A stretch of DNA of 64,000 nt from Mobula hypostoma (GCF_963921235.1 NC_086115.1:34038001-34102000), one strand, 5' to 3'; positions 1 to 12,130 are shown, counted from the first letter of the stretch. Notes: a model not told the origin generated them from the letters alone. Program-made: numbers and translations.

Positions 1-344
1 TGTATACCCTTCTGTATGCATTTGCCCGGTGCTGATATTTTGATGTTGCCCCTGTCCTCTCCTCAGTTGTAAGTGGGTTTCCTCATATTCACTTAAGATT
101 CACAGTTCCTGATTTTAAATTGTTGCCAATTCACCGATCAAGCTTCTTTTTCACTAAAATACTTGCTAAAAATTGACTCTGTTAATTTTGATATCCATTG
201 TAACTTCTTTCATTTTCCGATACCTGCTGATCTTGGTTTCTACTTTGTTATTGTTATGTTTGGTCTAGCAAGCTATTTTTTGTTTGATTTTTTCCCCATA
301 ATTTTTCTTTCATTTGATGTTGTGCTTTGCCTCTTTAATGGTCA

Positions 345-915
345 AAGGTTTAGGGGTGTTTGGGGTGTCAGGGAGGGGTAGCACCTCTGGTGGGGGAACA
401 TGTCGCGTCCTTTTCAGGGCGGTTAGTCCACCTTTGGTCCCCACCTGGCACTCAGCTCTCACCTGTGGCTCCCCGTAGCTGTTTGCATGCGACAGCAGCC
501 ACACCCCGGGCAACGGCTTCGACAAGCCGGCTAAACCAGGTGAGGGTAGCCGACGGGTCTCAAACCCTCGGTGAGATAGGGAATTGTCTATCCCAACATG
601 TGAAGACAGACTCCGGCGGGTTGAGCGGATGAGACCAATGGAAGGTCCAACGGTCAAGAAGGCGGTCTCTGCAAGCGTCGTGGAACGTGTAGAGCAGGAC
701 AAGACACAGAAGACGCCCTGGTCATCCACTGCACCTAGTCCCATCTCCAGCCGTCTCGACTCTGTCTTGCCACTGGATCCAGATGGGAATTGGGAAGAGA
801 GAGTGAGGTTGACGCTGCGCAACTCTCCCTCACTTAAATCCAAATCATACGCTAGTCTCGACACCATCAATAATGGTGTCGAGGTCCTCATCGACGTACG
901 ATGGATGAACAACAG
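345..915 (+). mobile_element. Probable non-autonomous retroelement (RTE-like 5' region / SINE-like)
   Basis: GC/CpG-rich island in AT-rich flanks, ending in a short AAC-type tail. The overlapping ORFs show no recognisable domain. Family assignment is by resemblance only. Confidence 0.35.
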
Positions 916-1489
916 TGGTCAACACATGGATGCCTCATTGTTGTTGATAGAAATCAGTTCTGCATGGTGTTCTTTGCACATTCCCCCCAAACACGGATAA
1001 TAAACATCAAATACATTCAGCTTATTATGTCAGCAGCCTGTTCCACTACATAGAAAGTCAGCTTTATATAAATCTAGCACTTTTACAGTGGTTTTGGTTT
1101 CTCCTTCCAAACAGCCATGTTGTGTCCAATCCTAGTGGAAACATCTGAAGTTTGTAGCTGATTCCACCATAGTGGGTCGTATCTCAAATAGCAATAATGG
1201 CATGGGGTCATGGTGACAACTTTTCATTCAATGTCTATAAAATAAAAGAGGGGGTTATAGACTTTAGGAAGTGAGGTTGTTCACACACTCCTGTTTATAT
1301 TAATGATTCTGAGGTCGAGAGTATTGAGACTTTGCATTCCTAGTCGTAAACATCACCAATGGTTTGTCATGATCCATTACAGGGATGCAATGGCCTAGGA
1401 AGCTCACCAGTGCCTCTTCTTTTTTGAATTGTGGACACAGCTCAGCACCTGACTGAAAACCAGCCTTCTATCTGGTGACTCCGTCAACA

Positions 1490-1980
1490 CTCTGCCAGTG
1501 CGATCATGTTTGCTGTTGTGTGCTGGGGCAGCAGGCTGAGGGTAGCAGACACCAACAGAATCAACAAACTCATTTGTAAGGCCAGTGATGTTGTGGGGAT
1601 GGAACTGGACTCTCTCACGGTGGTGTCTGAAAAGAGGATGCTGTCCAAGTTGCATGCCATCTTGGACAATGTCTCCATCCACTACATAATGTACTGGTTG
1701 GGCACAGGAGTACATTCAGCCAGAGACTCATTCCACTGAGATGCAACACTGAGCATCATAGGAAGTCATTCCTGCCTGTGGCCATCAAACTTTACAACTC
1801 CTCCCTTGGAAGGTCAGACACCCTGAGCCAATAGGCTGGTCCTGGACTTAATTTCCTGGCATAATTTACATATTACTATTTAATTATTAATGGTTTTATT
1901 ACTATTTAATTATTTATGGTGCAACTGTAATGAAAACCAACTTCGCCCGGGATCAATAAAGTATGACTATGACTATGACT
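1490..1980 (+). mobile_element. Rex1/Babar-like LINE 3' fragment
   Basis: Peptide FAVVCWGSRLRVADTNRINKLICKAS resembles the C-terminus of these ORF2 proteins. Ends in AATAAA followed by a (TATGAC)3 tail at ~1956-1980. Confidence 0.65.
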
Positions 1981-2129
1981 TCTCACTGCCTCAGTAAAGC
2001 AGCAAACATTATCAGAGACCCCGCACACACCGCAGACATTCTCTCTTTCCTCCAGCCCCCGCATTGGGCAGAAGATGCAAAAGTCCCAAAGCATGTGCTA
2101 CCAGGCTAAAGGACAAGTTTTAGTCTGTA

Positions 2130-2405
2130 TTTATTTATTGAGATGCGGTAGGGACATTCCGGCCCTTCGAGCCACACTGCCCAGCACCTCCTGATTTTAT
2201 CCGAGCCTGATCATGGGACAATTTTACAATGAGCAATTAAACCACCAACCGGTACATCCTTGGTCTGTGAGAGAAAGCCAGAGCACCCAGAGAAATCCCA
2301 CACGGCCACAGAGTGAACGTACAAATCCTTACCGGAAGTGGTGGGAATTGAACCTGGATCATCTGTACTGTAAAGCATGGTACTAAGCACCACCACCGTA
2401 CCGCT
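2130..2405 (-). mobile_element. tRNA-derived SINE (V-SINE/HE1-type)
   Basis: Minus strand carries a B-box-like GGTTCAATTCC and the core GGGTGCTCTGGCTTTCTCTCACAGACCAAGGA, shared with copies at ~41.3, 45.4, 53.7 and 60.8 kb. Confidence 0.6.
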
Positions 2406-3961
2406 ATTAGATTATTAAATGATTTCCTAGTATAATAATATGGACTCTTGACCTCACAATCTACTTTATATGTCTTTGCACTTTATTGTTTGCCTGCACT
2501 GAACTTTTCCTAATAGAAACTTTATTTCTAGCAGTGAACATCAGCAGTAGCCTGTCTTGGTCTCACCACCTGCGCAAATAAAGACAGACAAGCAATTGAA
2601 TCCATTCAGTTCCTCACAGTTGAGTACAGTGATCATTAGGAAGTGACCTTGCAAGGTAGCCTCACCTGCTGGGTGTCCTGGACGCCTTCTCATCCTCGTC
2701 TTTCTCCTCAATGCAATTTTTAATAACTGAGCTCTCCCTTGGGAAGACCAATATCCAAGTTTCTATGCTGTCCTAAGTTGTTACTGTGCCTGAATGGGTA
2801 CTGGAAAGCCTCGTTGGCAAATCTGTGAGCTGAAAACATGGACAATAATGTGTGAAGAAACCCCTGAGGAAGACGATCCTTTGAGGCCTAAAGTGAGCAC
2901 TTCTGGCCCCCCGTGTTACCTAGCAGTCCCGATCTTCTGAAATGATCAAAGCATGTCCAGCTTAATGGCACGGGAATTTGTCCAATTGGAGATTTAGGCA
3001 TCAGACAACGAACTTTCGTACATTAAAAATAATATATAGCATTTTCCACAGGATCTCCCAATTGAGACAATTCTTTAGCTAAACTGGGGATTTTCTTCAG
3101 CTACTTCTTTTATGATATCTGAAAGTTTAGAAGTGCAACACAATATTAGCGCACAGGTTTTGTCCCATGGTATCATTCAACAGTTTACTGGTTGTTGCTC
3201 CCAGCTCTCTCAGAAATACTTGGTCTATCACTCATTATATTCCTTCCTGGGCTCGCTCTCCAAATGAGCATCAGATCATTGATCACACGCCCATTGGAAT
3301 CCAGAATTTCCCCTTGCATTTTCCATTTTCTTTCTTTCTGATTCCCCATTAGTCTTCCTTCAAACTCATTCTCTTCCAGCCCTGCAGCAAATTTCCATTG
3401 CAAAGCCTTCACAAGCTTATTTTCCTCTTTCATTCATTCCTTTCTCCTCAGTCAGCCTAGTCCTGATTTCGGAGATGCCTTATAGAAAAGATTCCATTTT
3501 GACTTCAAAGGTGAGCTCAATGTTGGAGACTCTCTGTTCCTGAATTTTCAAATGTTTTTTCCTCGACTCTCTGTGCCTCCTGCTTCTAAATGAATGCCTA
3601 CGATGTCTCTAAGTCACAGTCTCCACTGAGCAGAGCTAGTGAAAGCACGGACACAGGGAGGAGATAGTTACAGAGAGAGAGCAACAGTGGAGTAACAGAG
3701 GGTTAAAGTCTGAACTCTCCTGGATTGCGTGAGGCAGTGTTTGAGGAAGATATCAAATAATTTTGTGATCTTTGGTTCTTCAAAGTCTGTTGGAATATTA
3801 TTCTAAAATCCCTTCTTCACTCTCAATAGTGTGCAGGATTAATATGTAAAGGGATTAAAATGAGTGGTGCTTGAATTAACATGACCTGTTTTTAGACATA
3901 ATTGATTATCGTGACCAATTCAATTCTCAAGGAAAAAACAGGTTTGCCAGTATTAGCTTCC

Positions 3962-3974
3962 AGTTTCATTTTCC
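3962..3974 (+). promoter_or_regulatory. ISRE of IFIT gene A
   Basis: AGTTTCATTTTCC matches the ISRE consensus AGTTTCNNTTTCY exactly and lies ~50 bp upstream of the TATA box of an IFIT gene. Confidence 0.85.
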
Positions 3975-4023
3975 ATTCCACTCTTGGTTTGCAAATTTTA
4001 CAACTCAGCCCAACCCTACAGAT

Positions 4024-4030
4024 TATAAAA
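4024..4030 (+). promoter_or_regulatory. TATA box of IFIT gene A
   Basis: TATAAAA 86 bp upstream of the exon-1 ATG; the spacing in gene C is similar (83 bp). Confidence 0.75.
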
Positions 4031-4109
4031 GATACCAGAAATCCTCCCGTTGAACAGTCACGTAGCTTTACCAGTCCTCTGAAGTACGGCCAGAATCCCA
4101 AACAGCACC

Positions 4110-4114
4110 ATGAG
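4110..4114 (+). CDS. IFIT: IFIT gene A, coding exon 1 (ATGAG)
   Basis: cagcaccATGAG|gtgagt gives a good Kozak context and a consensus donor. The phase-2 join to 7331 reads M-S-D-T-L-K. A 5-nt first coding exon is the standard IFIT gene architecture. Confidence 0.85.
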
Positions 4115-5862
4115 GTGAGTGAGCCCATTTGTTTCCACAATGTTATTAGAAGTCAGGGCATTCTAAAAAATGTCGGAAGTGTTAGCATGGATGACCTGAT
4201 CAGTCAAACTTAATGTAATCTGTTTCTGGATCTGCAGACATCTGAGAAAGGAGTTTGTGATCACTTAGGGTAAGGGGATCTGAATCCTGGTTTGTGATCT
4301 GGGAAATTTACTTGATCCTGGGGATACATACTACTGGGAAATAGTGGGGGAGGCCAAGTATAAGAGATCACCCACTTTTTTCATCCCAGGAAATCATGAT
4401 TTGAGGTAAGGTTTGTAGTCCAGGTCTCCAAAATGGAAAGAATTCATGAGGAGAGAGAGCCCAAGAGGCAAATAAGTGAACATATCCTCCATTTCAAGGA
4501 ATCTGCATTGGGGGAAAGGCTTTTCATCATCGACAACATTCAGTAGTAGTGGATTATATATTGAAGTTTATGGATATCACTAAATGATGCAGTGAGCAAA
4601 GCAGATAGGGATTAAAATGTACCAAGGATTATGATGGTTAATGCAGGTGAAGCAACTGCAGAATCTGGAGTTCAGGGTGGAAGAATGTGGACAAGTTCGG
4701 AATCTGTAGAGGAGCAGTGAAACAGAAGGAAATCATTAAACCCAGTGACTGATAATCAAAGTGAACAGCGGGAAGTGAGTCTTTAATTACAAGGAGAGCT
4801 GGAAATCAAAACTGGATCTTTGCACATCTTTGGTTAAATTATCTTTGGAGTTAGTTCTGATCACCATATCTCAGCAATGATATGTGCCAGAAGGCACAGT
4901 GACAGATCGTATAGAATATGGGATTGGCAACATTAAAATATGTTGTCAGGTTTTCCAACTGGACTGATACCTGCTTGAGTGCAAGACACTTGGGAAAACC
5001 TTACCAAATTTAAATAACTTGATGAGATTGACATGGGAAGTACATTACAACGGACATAATCTGAACTTTAGGGCTCAAGCAGTCGAAGATGATGTCAATT
5101 CACAGAATTGCATGGAGGGGTGTGGGGATACTTGTTCCATTGTTCCATTGCTTTCAACATTTGTGGCTTCAGGCTTTGACATGAATGATCAGTTTCTCCG
5201 ACATTCATGATCATCTTTATCAGCATTGGATTGGATCAGCTGTCAGCGCTACGATCCCCAGAGTTACCAGATTCACCTTCGTTGTCTCGATCTCCAACAA
5301 CTGAATATGTCTTACTGATCCACTCATGCTCTTTCCCAGTTTATAATCTGGTGCACACACATCGGCTTCAGATCCCCTTTGTGATGTTCCACTTATCACC
5401 TACTAGTCCTGGTCTCACCGCTTCCTCTGACTTCTACATACAGTTTACCTTCTCTCTACTCTTCAGATCTTATAATGAGTCTCGACCCTCATCACTGACC
5501 ATTCCTTCACCTCCACAGCGTTCGACCTGTGGAGTTTCTTCAGCATATCTTTTTTATCGCTCCAGATTCAATCATCTGCAGTCTCTTGCACCTCTATCAT
5601 CTTTACCCTATTTTTCACAACTCTCTGCACTGAGGAGGAATTATCCTAGATCTCTCAGTCTTGTCCTACAGCTAGTTATTGCATTGGGCTCTCCTGAGAG
5701 ACAGAAGTCTTTTCACGGACTTGTTTATGACAGCACCAAGCGTAAGATACTGTTGTTTTCATTTTACACTTATCACTTTACAATTTTTTGTCCAATTTGC
5801 TGTGTTGTCAGCATTGCAGAAACAGTTTAAAGTCTTAGTTCAGTTCATTTCACAAGTGCATC

Positions 5863-6393
5863 CACTGAGTGACCACTTTATTAGATACAACTGCTCTTTA
5901 ATGCAAATATCTCACCAGCCTATAATGTGGCAGCAACAAAATGCATAAAAGCATGCGGACATGGTCAAGAGGCTCAGGTATTGCTCAGACCACGATCAGA
6001 ATTGGGAAGGAATGTGATCTAAGTGACTTTGACTGTGCAATGATTGTTGATGACAGATGGAATGGTTTGTGATTCTCAGAAACTGCTGACCTCCTGGGAT
6101 TTACAAGCACAACAGACTCTAGAATTTACAGAGAACGGTGCAAAAAATGAAAAACAAACACCCAATGAGCAGAAGTTGTATGGGTGAAAAAACCTTGTTA
6201 ATGTGAGAGATCAGAGGAGAATGGCCAGCGAGGATTGAGCTGACAGGAAAGTGACCGTAGCACAGATAAACACATGTTGCAAAAGTGCTGTGAACCTTGA
6301 AGTGCATTGGCAACAGAGGCAGAAGACCACAAACAATCACTCAGCGGCCGCTTTATTATGTAACAGAGGTATCGAATAAAGTTGCAATGAGTG
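5863..6393 (+). mobile_element. Tc1-like transposon remnant (internally deleted)
   Basis: Degenerate TIRs (CACTGAGTGACCACTTTATTA ... AATAAAGTTGCAATGAGTG). The decayed N-terminal paired-HTH reads GKECDLSDFDCAMIV...SETADLLGFTSTTDSRIYRE. Confidence 0.65.
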
Positions 6394-7330
6394 GATATTC
6401 TCAGGTGAAATGAAAAAGTTACTTGCAGCAACATCACATAAAAGCATTCACAAGAGAAACATAAATCTAAATTACACACAATTCTTACAAGACAGAAGAT
6501 AATTATAACAAAAATAAACTAAACCCATTTTAGTGCAAAGCATTCAGAGTGTTAAACAAGAGAGATTAAAATTATGCTGATTGGTTCAAGAACTGAATGG
6601 TTGAAGGGAATTAGCTGTTCTTGAATGTGATGGTACAGGATTCCAGGCTTCTGTATCTTCTGTCTGATGGTAGATGTGAGAATATGGCATGTCCCAGATG
6701 ATGGATGTTGCCTTCTTGATTTAAACTGGATATCCATGGTATTTTCATAGCATCCGCAGTAGCTTTAGGCTCTTCCTTGAGACTTCTGTCAACAGATTTT
6801 TCATGAACGTTTTTGTCTGATGATGGGTTTCATCATCACTGGCTAATTAGCCTTGCTACTAATTGCTTTTTAATTTGCCAGCCATGTATTCAGACAGAGA
6901 ACCACCTGACCGACATGGTGCCACAAAGTTGCTTTTTTCTTTCCTTTTCCCGGCTACTGAGTTAATAATCTGCTGGACTGGCCCAACCCTTACATGACAA
7001 ATTAGAATGTAAATATATCCTGCTCTCTTGCTTAATTTAAAACACATTCATTTAGCATAGTCAGAACACAGTGGTTATTTTAATCTGGCTGTCTCGGCTT
7101 ATTGGTTGGTATTTCCAGTACCAAGACTGTTTTCCACTGGGTTAATCACCATCTGGTAGATACTGGTCTGATCAGGCAGGGATTGAACTGTTCTGCACCC
7201 ACCTCTCCCTGCCTGTGCTCCAGCTCAGGAATTCAGAATTTGCTAATATTGTCAGTCCAAGCATTTAGCAGTTAGGATGGAGAATTGATTTCACATCAAT
7301 AATCTTTGATTACTTTGTGCTTTCATGCAG

Positions 7331-8780
7331 CGACACTCTGAAGGAATCCCTGTTTGAGAAACTCTGCCAACTTCAGTGTCACTTCACGTGGATTCCACAG
7401 AAGGACAACACTGACTTCAGTGATATGAAGCTTAGATTACAAGATTCTATAAAACTTGGTGTCAAATATCAAGCCACATCCTACAACCACCTTGCTTTTG
7501 TAAACTGTCAGCAAGGCAACTATGAAGAAGCCATTCAAAATTTAAAGGAAGCGGAAAAGATTTGGAGAGAGAACCACAACAATGAATTTGAAAGAAGAAG
7601 CATCATCACCTATGGAAACTTTGCCTGGGTGCATTACCACATGGGACAGCTGACCGAGGCCCAGTCCTACCTCGACAAGCTGGAGATAATCTGTGAACCG
7701 CTCAGTGATGGCCCTCGCTATACAGCAATGACCCCTGAGGTGTACGGGGAGAAGGGATGGTCATTGTTGAGTTCTGCTGCTACTTATTATGTGGAGGCAA
7801 AAGAATGTTTTGAGAAGGCTCTGGAGAAAGATTGCAACAATGTGGAGTGGACTGTGGGCTATGCGACAGCTTTGCTTCGTCTGGAAAATATTTCTGGTGT
7901 TCCAGAAAATCTGGAGCGAAGTCAGCCAGTGAGGTATCTGCGACGGGTGCTGGAGCTTGATCCAGATGACACAGTGGCCATGGTTAATTTGGCCCTAAAG
8001 TTGCAAGAGTTCAATGAAGCAGAGAAGGCAAATGAATTAGTTGAAGAAGCATTGAGGAAGACCCCAGATCTGCCATATGTGCTTCGCTATGCAGCAAAGT
8101 TTTACAGAATAGGAGGAGATGTCGATATCGCAATAGGCCTGTTGAAGAGAGCTTTAGAATTTACTCCATGCTCGTCCTTCTTACACCACCAAATCGGTAT
8201 CTGTTACAGGGGAAAGCTATTCACTCTGAAAAAGAAAGCAGGCAGCAACTATCCTGACAGAGCTACATTTCAACTGAAAGCTGAGTTTATCAGTAAGAGC
8301 AAATATCACTTTGAAAAGGCATTTGAACTCAAACCATTGTTTATTTTTGCAAAACTGGATTTTGCAGGAATCTGCTTAGAAAATGGAGAAGTAGCCCGAG
8401 CAGAGGAGATCTACAACAGTCTGCTGAGCTTGGAGGATCTTGCTCTGGATCATAAGCAGGCACTAGCTTTACAAGTTGGATTATTTGAACTGCACCACAA
8501 AAGATCTAAATCAAATGCCATCATCTATTTTCTGGATGGACTTAAGATCCATCATGGAAGTAAACAATGGAAGCTCTGTGACAGCAACTTGAGAAAGATC
8601 TTAAGAAAACAAATTCAGAGGAATCCAAGAAACAGCAAAGCCTTTGGAATTCTTGGGATGGTGCACCAGCTGGCTGGGGAGAAGGATGAGGCTGTTAAAT
8701 GCTTTGAAAAGGCCTTGGAATTTGATCCTGGCAATGAAGAATATCTCAATTCTCTTTCTGACTTACGCCTTTCAACTTAG
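7331..8780 (+). CDS. IFIT: IFIT gene A, exon 2: interferon-induced protein with tetratricopeptide repeats, IFIT1/IFIT5-like (484 aa spliced)
   Basis: Acceptor tttcatgcag|C. IFIT signature motifs CHFTW, YGNFAWVHYHM, EKGWSLL, PYVLRYAAKFYR, SSFLHHQIGICY and C-terminal DPGNEEYL..L..LRLS. Uninterrupted ORF. Confidence 0.96.
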
Positions 8781-9187
8781 TCTCCAGGTACCCAAACAGA
8801 TCCGGGAGTACACTGACGTGCAAAGCCTTTCCTCAATCATTTTTAACTGTTAGAGTTGTCTGGTACCATGAGCAGTACATTAATAGAAACACATTTGATT
8901 CATGTTTCATTGGTGATCTTCTGAAGGCTTTGTGCTGAATATTGTGACCATTTGCTTCTCCCATCAGTTCTCCAACTTCCACCTCCGATGAAGTGACATT
9001 ATTTCAGGTACATCTGATGCTATGGCTAGATCAGTATCACTAGCATGTAAACACAACTTTAATTTCCCAGACCATGGGTCCAATTTAACCTGGTGTTTTA
9101 ATTGCGAGTCCACCAAGTTCTAGGTGAAACTGATTTATGTTTGACAGCACCAAACTAAGAAGTACCATCTGATTCAGTTTCCAGGTT

Positions 9188-9193
9188 AATAAA
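9188..9193 (+). terminator. Candidate polyadenylation signal of gene A
   Basis: AATAAA 408 nt after the stop. Alternatives are ATTAAA at 9501 and AATAAA at 9834. Confidence 0.5.
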
Positions 9194-10199
9194 GCTTGGT
9201 CTGAAAGAAAATGAAATGATTTATAAAATACACAAATGAAAAAGGAGAGTACTCACTCCATTTTTTTCCCAAATGAGCCATAAACAATTATAACTCAATT
9301 ATCACAGAATGTTCTATATTCCAGTTTACACTTGTGATTGACTACTATAAACTTTCCGTCCACTTTCACATTTTTTGCTCTCAATAATTGCATTCTGAGC
9401 AATTTTTGTTTGTAAGCAAAAATATTCCAGATGAAATCTTTGCAACTTGCAGTAGAGTCGACACGTCACATTAGTATTGGTTTACCTGCCATACTAATGA
9501 ATTAAAGCTTCATGCAATTTACAGTGAAAGAGCACCAAAGCTGACTCAAAATGTTAAAAATATGAAAATATTATGCTATTAAAGCAGAAAATTCTGATAG
9601 CATTTAGCAGACCATTGGAAGGGAAAACACAGTTAACTTTTCAGACTGAAGATGAGGATGCTGCCTGACTTGTGTGTTTTTTTTCAGAACTTGTACTGTT
9701 AGGAATTTGGATTTCCAATGTTTGGCATTTTTAAATCAAACATTAATTTGAAATCTTATAGTCATTAATTTCTATTTTCCTTTCAATATTGTTAAATGAG
9801 CTGTAATATCAGAAACTGAATGTAAAAGTAACCAATAAAATGTTATGATTTAATTTTCCACACCAGTAGTGAAGTGTAAGTGATTTTCTTGCTGCACACT
9901 ATGGCGAACAGTATCAGTTCAAGGAATATTTAAGGAACTTTCACTCCAGTCTTTAGTGCTGCTACTAAAGTTAACAATTCCAATTCAGTAAGCAGAGCTG
10001 ATTGTTCCCAATGTGGTTTTCCCTTCATTAAGAAATCTGTTGCAGATGTCATGCCTGTCTTGTAGCGCACCTCATTCAGTTCATGAATATGGTCTTGCAC
10101 TCATTCTTGTCTGCCATTTGAATTCTTCTTCCCACTCTGACATGTTCACTGTTCCAGCAAAGCTGAATGTAAGCTTAAGGAACAACACCTCAACCAGAA

Positions 10200-10570
10200 G
10201 GGGGCATGTCCTGGATGGTGAGGGGCCTTAATGATAGATGCCATCTTCTTGAGTCACTGTCTTAGTCTTTTGTAAATATCCTCAAATGGTTGGGAGGCAC
10301 GTGCTCATGCTGAAGCTGACTGAACCATACGCACTGGCCCCTCCATACCAGACGGTGATGTAACCAGTCAGAATGTTGTCCACAGTACATCTGTAAAAAT
10401 TTGCTTTAAACTTTAGTGACATACCAAATTTCCTCAAACCCCCAAAGAAATATTGCCAGTGGAGTACCTTCTTTGTAATTGCACCAACATTTTGGGCCCA
10501 GGATTGATGTTCGGAGATGCTGACATCCAGGAAATTGAAACTGCTCACCTTTTCTACTGCTTACCCCTCA
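10200..10570 (-). mobile_element. Rex1/Babar-like LINE fragment
   Basis: Peptide SSFNFLDVSISEHQSW...FYRCTVDNILTGYITVWYG is the RT C-terminal region of this family. Confidence 0.7.
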
Positions 10571-11989
10571 GGACCTCTTATTTGCCTGACTAGAAATGTA
10601 CCCAGCAGACAATTGAAGAGGGAGACAATTGCAAGGGAGGGGAGTTACAATAAATATTCCTGCGATGATCCCAGTCAGATGGCTCTTGGATTCAGGGCAC
10701 TGACTGCCTTCATACAGGAGAAAGTGTGAAACTGTATGTGTGCCAACCAGGAAATCTCCAGGTGAATAAAGATCATTTACATGTTAAGCAAGAAAGTTAA
10801 AAAAAACAGTTGCTGGGAATCTGAAATAAAATAGGAAACACTGGACAGCAGTTGTAGAAGGAGAAAAAAAGGGTTAATCTTTTTAGGTTTGAGAACAGAT
10901 GTTTTATCAGTTCTAGACCCGAAACTCTGCTTATCGTTCTGCAGACGCTGTCTGGCCCGTTGAGTTTTTCCAGCGTTTTCTGTTTTGCCTCATTCTCAGT
11001 TTGCTTCTAGTTTAGCAGGGGTTGTCAGCAGGAAGTGGAGTGAGATTACATAAATTTAACAGTATTTTAAGTAAGAACATGAACAGGAAAATTGCGGGTT
11101 TTCAGAATCAGGGAAGAAAACACCAAAATTTCAGCAGCTTGGCAGAGACCTGCCTCTGCGTTGTGACAGTTTCTTGGTGAGGGCTGTGAGTTGGGGGAGA
11201 AAGATTCTCTTCCTTTATTGTGGGAGGAAGCTTGCAGAAAGAATAAAGAAGGCCTGGTTGTAGAAATCAGCAGCAAAGATGAACAGAGTGATAATGCCCG
11301 TTAACAGGATCTTTGAAACACCACGTCCATTCTGATCATCAGGTTTTGATCGTAGCCTTCTGTATCTGAACTCCATCATTCTACATGATATTAAAGAAAT
11401 TCAGTTTCCTAAAAACGTTAGTAAAATGATTATTGCTACAATAAGTTTCATCGTTTCTTCCGATGGCCATGCTAAGATGATGACTGGCTTGGGAGCTGCA
11501 GAACCAACTGCTTCTCCTTCCATAGGTGGTGTCTGTGGTGTTGCATTTCCAGTTTTTATTTCAGATTTCCAGTGTATGCGTATTTTTTATTTTTACTGTA
11601 GTGACGTGGCTGAGTTCAAATTGCACTGAAGGACCCTCTCCTGGCTATATCAATATGGAATTCCACCAGTGATCACCCATGTCCCATGATAGCCCAGATG
11701 AAGGGTCTTGACCTGCAATGTTACCTGTCCATTTCCCTCCATAGATGCTGCCTGATCTGCTGAGTTCCTCCAGCTTTTTGTGTGTTGCCTTAACCCAAGG
11801 GTTTCTGTTTCTTGTATAAAACTTGTGATTATGTATACTGTTAAACAGCTTTCTAAACCTGTCTAAGTGATCTTCAAAGGCGTGTATAGTTGCATTGAGA
11901 TTGTTACTATATCCATTTTAAACTGTGCATTTCAGCTTATTTTATTACTTGTCACCCTTCAGATTTCCCTGAACCATCTCACAAACCTT

Positions 11990-12130
11990 GCCTGGTTTTG
12001 TCTTCCTCTGTTTTACCAAGTTCATCTGATCAGCTGAATTCAGTCCCATATATCCAATGTATTTGGCTCAGTAACGAGTGGGCGTCAAAGATGTCACTGA
12101 GCTGTGATCTCCACTGAAATCATGAGTCAG
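11990..12130 (+). pseudogene. Probable decayed promoter and exon 1 of IFIT copy B
   Basis: agctgtgatctccactgaaatcATGAGtc (ATG 12122) aligns with gene C agctggaattctgcacagcatcATGAGgtgagtc but lacks the donor. A degenerate ISRE-like GGTTTTGTCTTCC at ~11994 has spacing similar to gene A. Confidence 0.4.

Noticed and set aside
3020-3560. Possible L1 ORF1 relic on the minus strand
   Set aside because: Resemblance too faint to support without a search.
5207-5830. 207-aa ORF in the gene A intron
   Set aside because: Ser/Leu/Pro-rich translation of decayed Penelope-like sequence; no domain.
7317-7330. ORF-track starts for genes A (7317) and C (42021)
   Set aside because: These are GTG/TTG codons lying in the intron or inside the exon; the true ATG is in the 5-nt upstream exon.
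11800-11821. ISRE-like GGTTTCTGTTTCT next to TATAAAA
   Set aside because: Only 2 bp from the TATA-like motif and not colinear with the real promoters; could be chance, although an enhancer role is not excluded.
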